Positions 62,062 through 64,000 of a stretch of DNA of 64,000 bases are shown here, piece after piece. The notes under the pieces were generated by a model. It saw only the letters and a list, made by a program, of their open reading frames with translations, was not told the origin of the DNA and ran no database searches. The stretch covers positions 59,086,001-59,150,000 of the forward strand of contig CM060734.1 of assembly GCA_030704615.1 (NCBI GenBank), given 5' to 3'. Source of the DNA: Takakia lepidozioides. Its lineage: Eukaryota > Plantae > Bryophyta. The position numbers were made by a program, and so were the translations under genes. Every line of letters starts with the position of its first letter. Within the stretch, counting starts at the first letter, position 1.

Positions 62062-64000
62062 ATGGCAGAAAACCCGAGCGCTATAGTGTACTGCCCTCCT
62101 CACGAGCATAGAGCTACATTTCCGTGCAGAGGGGAGATCTGTCGGGTGATGGAGAAATATCTCTGCGTTCGATACCACCTGAAACCGGGGTCGGTATTTT
62201 TGGAGGAAGAAAGGAAGGATTCAAATGGAGTTGTAGTCGAAAGTATTGTTGTGCTCCACGATGATTTCGGCGACGGCAGGGAATGGCGAGTTCCACCATC
62301 GGACAGCGTCATATACAAGGCTGTTGGGGACTTCATTTGCCCGCCAAATGCGCCTTCTATCCTGGCGCCTTCCACGAAACAATTCGCGAATCAGAGAGTG
62401 GGTACCTCAAAGAGAGAAGTCCGCAACGAAGTAAATCCAGAGCCGAACCCATCAATGAAGACGAGCGAGAACCGGGTTGTTCACAACCTGTCCAACTCCA
62501 ACGAGGTCATGGAAGTTCCGAGATCATCATGGAGATCAGGCAAGTCCTCAATGAACATCAGCGGATGAGGGAGTCATATTCCCAGCACGAACACAGCAGT
62601 TCGATCCATTCTTGAAATTCTGCGAGGGCTTCACATGGAGGGACGCCGCTCGGAGCTGGCTGGGCTGGACTACAGCAAGTTCGCCATTAAATCCGTTATA
62701 TGTCTTCCCGCAGACGTCGACGGTAATATGTTCTTTGAGTTCTATCCTCGAACGGACTATTCGAGGGCGTCCGGAATGTTGACAGATATGGATAGGAAAC
62801 ATGACGGTCATCCTTGGTGCGTCACCAAAACCACCAGCATGAAGATGCTCGATGGTGTGCGGGTGCGCTACGTTGTTTGTGCGGGCGCGTTGCGGTGTTT
62901 CTCCCCAACTTGCTTCCACTTTAAATCCAGAGGTCACAGAAACAAGACGGATTGGATAGGCACAGCTCATCAACCATTTCGAGCTCAGGAGAAGGTTCCA
63001 AACTCCACATTTAAGTGTGCGCATTGCAAAGAACCACCACATTGCATGTCTGTTTGTAATGCCAAGCAGTTCTATGTGTTGCACCGTTTCCCTGACCTCA
63101 CACGAGCTTGCATACACGTTAGTTCCCATTGTCACAAATTGGCGAGGGAGAACTCGCGGGAGGCTGCCCATGAGGCAGAGCAGCTCGTTCAGGAGGAGGT
63201 TAGGTTGAGACCTGGTGCCAAACCCAAACAGATATAGCTGCAGGCCGCCCATAAGATGGCATTGCCCAGAATTATGTCGGAAGACGGCTCCGACAGAGTT
63301 TCTCTCGATGAGAAAGAAATGGAGGCATTGCTGGAGTCAGTGTCCCACGTCTGTTCACCGAATGTCCGAAACCACATTGTCTCCTGCAAACAGAAAATTG
63401 GGCGTGGCTCGAATATGCACTCTATTCTGGAGGTGAAACGACGATGTGGATATGACTACATTCATGGAAGTAGGTTTCCTGGACAAGGGACTGAGGCAGA
63501 TCGTTGTCTCGTATTCAAAATGTCCACGTGTGGGCCTGGCAGCGGCGTCGAACTGGTTGACCGGATGACGAGTGGGGACTTGTCAAACAATTGGGTCATG
63601 TTCGACCATATCAAGCAAATTACAAATTACCAGTGGGTGACAATGGCTGCATATGTCTACGACACGCACTGCAGGATGCTAATGACAATTGCTATTTGTG
63701 AGATGAAAGGAGAGGACACACAATCGGAGATGCTTCTTTGGCAGGGAATAAACGAACAGATGGCCAGGGCGGGATTGCCCCCTCCCAATTTCCGTGGTTT
63801 CATGGCGGACAACGCACAAGCAAATTGGGCTGCCATCCGAAGGGTGTATGGGGAAGACCCCAATGTTCCGATGGAAGGCAAGGAGAGATCATGTGGGTTC
63901 CATTTTTTGCAGAGCTTGTCGCAGTACACAACCCGGCTCGTGGCGCCAGATTTCAGAGAGGAGCACCGTTCTATGTGTCTTGCGTGGAAGCGTGCTCCCA
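62062..64000 (+). mobile_element. Mutator-like (MULE) DDE transposase with a GCM/WRKY-like Cys-His domain; two in-frame stops; runs off the window
   Basis: Single frame from ATG 62062, with TGA at 62566 and TAG at 63235. Motifs: CAGALRC..C..CAHC..HC..C..RACIHVSSHCH; VMFDHIK (D1); FMADNAQANWAAIRRVY (D2); CGFHFLQS (CxxH). Confidence 0.8.

Overview
Eukaryotic nuclear DNA with spliceosomal introns, from a non-seed land plant (moss/bryophyte-like, judged from the ELIP type, the LRR-RLK type and the homogeneous PLS-DYW PPR family; this is inference). It is a transposon-dense window with only two apparently intact host genes: an 18-exon LRR receptor-like kinase (37942-46240, -) and an ELIP (50561-51428, -), plus a neighbouring ELIP pseudogene. 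The rest comprises: (i) a scrambled cluster of PLS-type PPR/E+/DYW RNA-editing-factor pseudogenes interleaved with LINE debris and bracketed by the inverted termini of a CCC-terminated DNA transposon (3731-8787, candidate 3-bp TSD CTG; a second right end at 14403); (ii) three copies of a Ty3/Gypsy family with an extra ORF upstream of gag, a second Gypsy pol, and CACTA, copia and SINE remnants; (iii) at the right end (about 52.4-64 kb) a large Mutator-like element. In it a GCM/MULE-type DDE transposase (+) is divergent from an intron-containing gene combining a ParB/Srx-like domain with a beta-class N4/N6 DNA-methyltransferase fold. Arrays of one CpG-rich palindrome (GGAAATTCGGCGCCRTTTTTCC) lie between the two genes and inside an intron of the ParB-MTase gene. 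A diverged second copy of the ParB-MTase gene lies at 24.3-26.1 kb. System (iii) is the best candidate for an undescribed system (a transposon-encoded epigenetic or anti-silencing module with its own cognate repeats); (i) is the second. All domain calls were made by eye from motifs, and no database searches were run.
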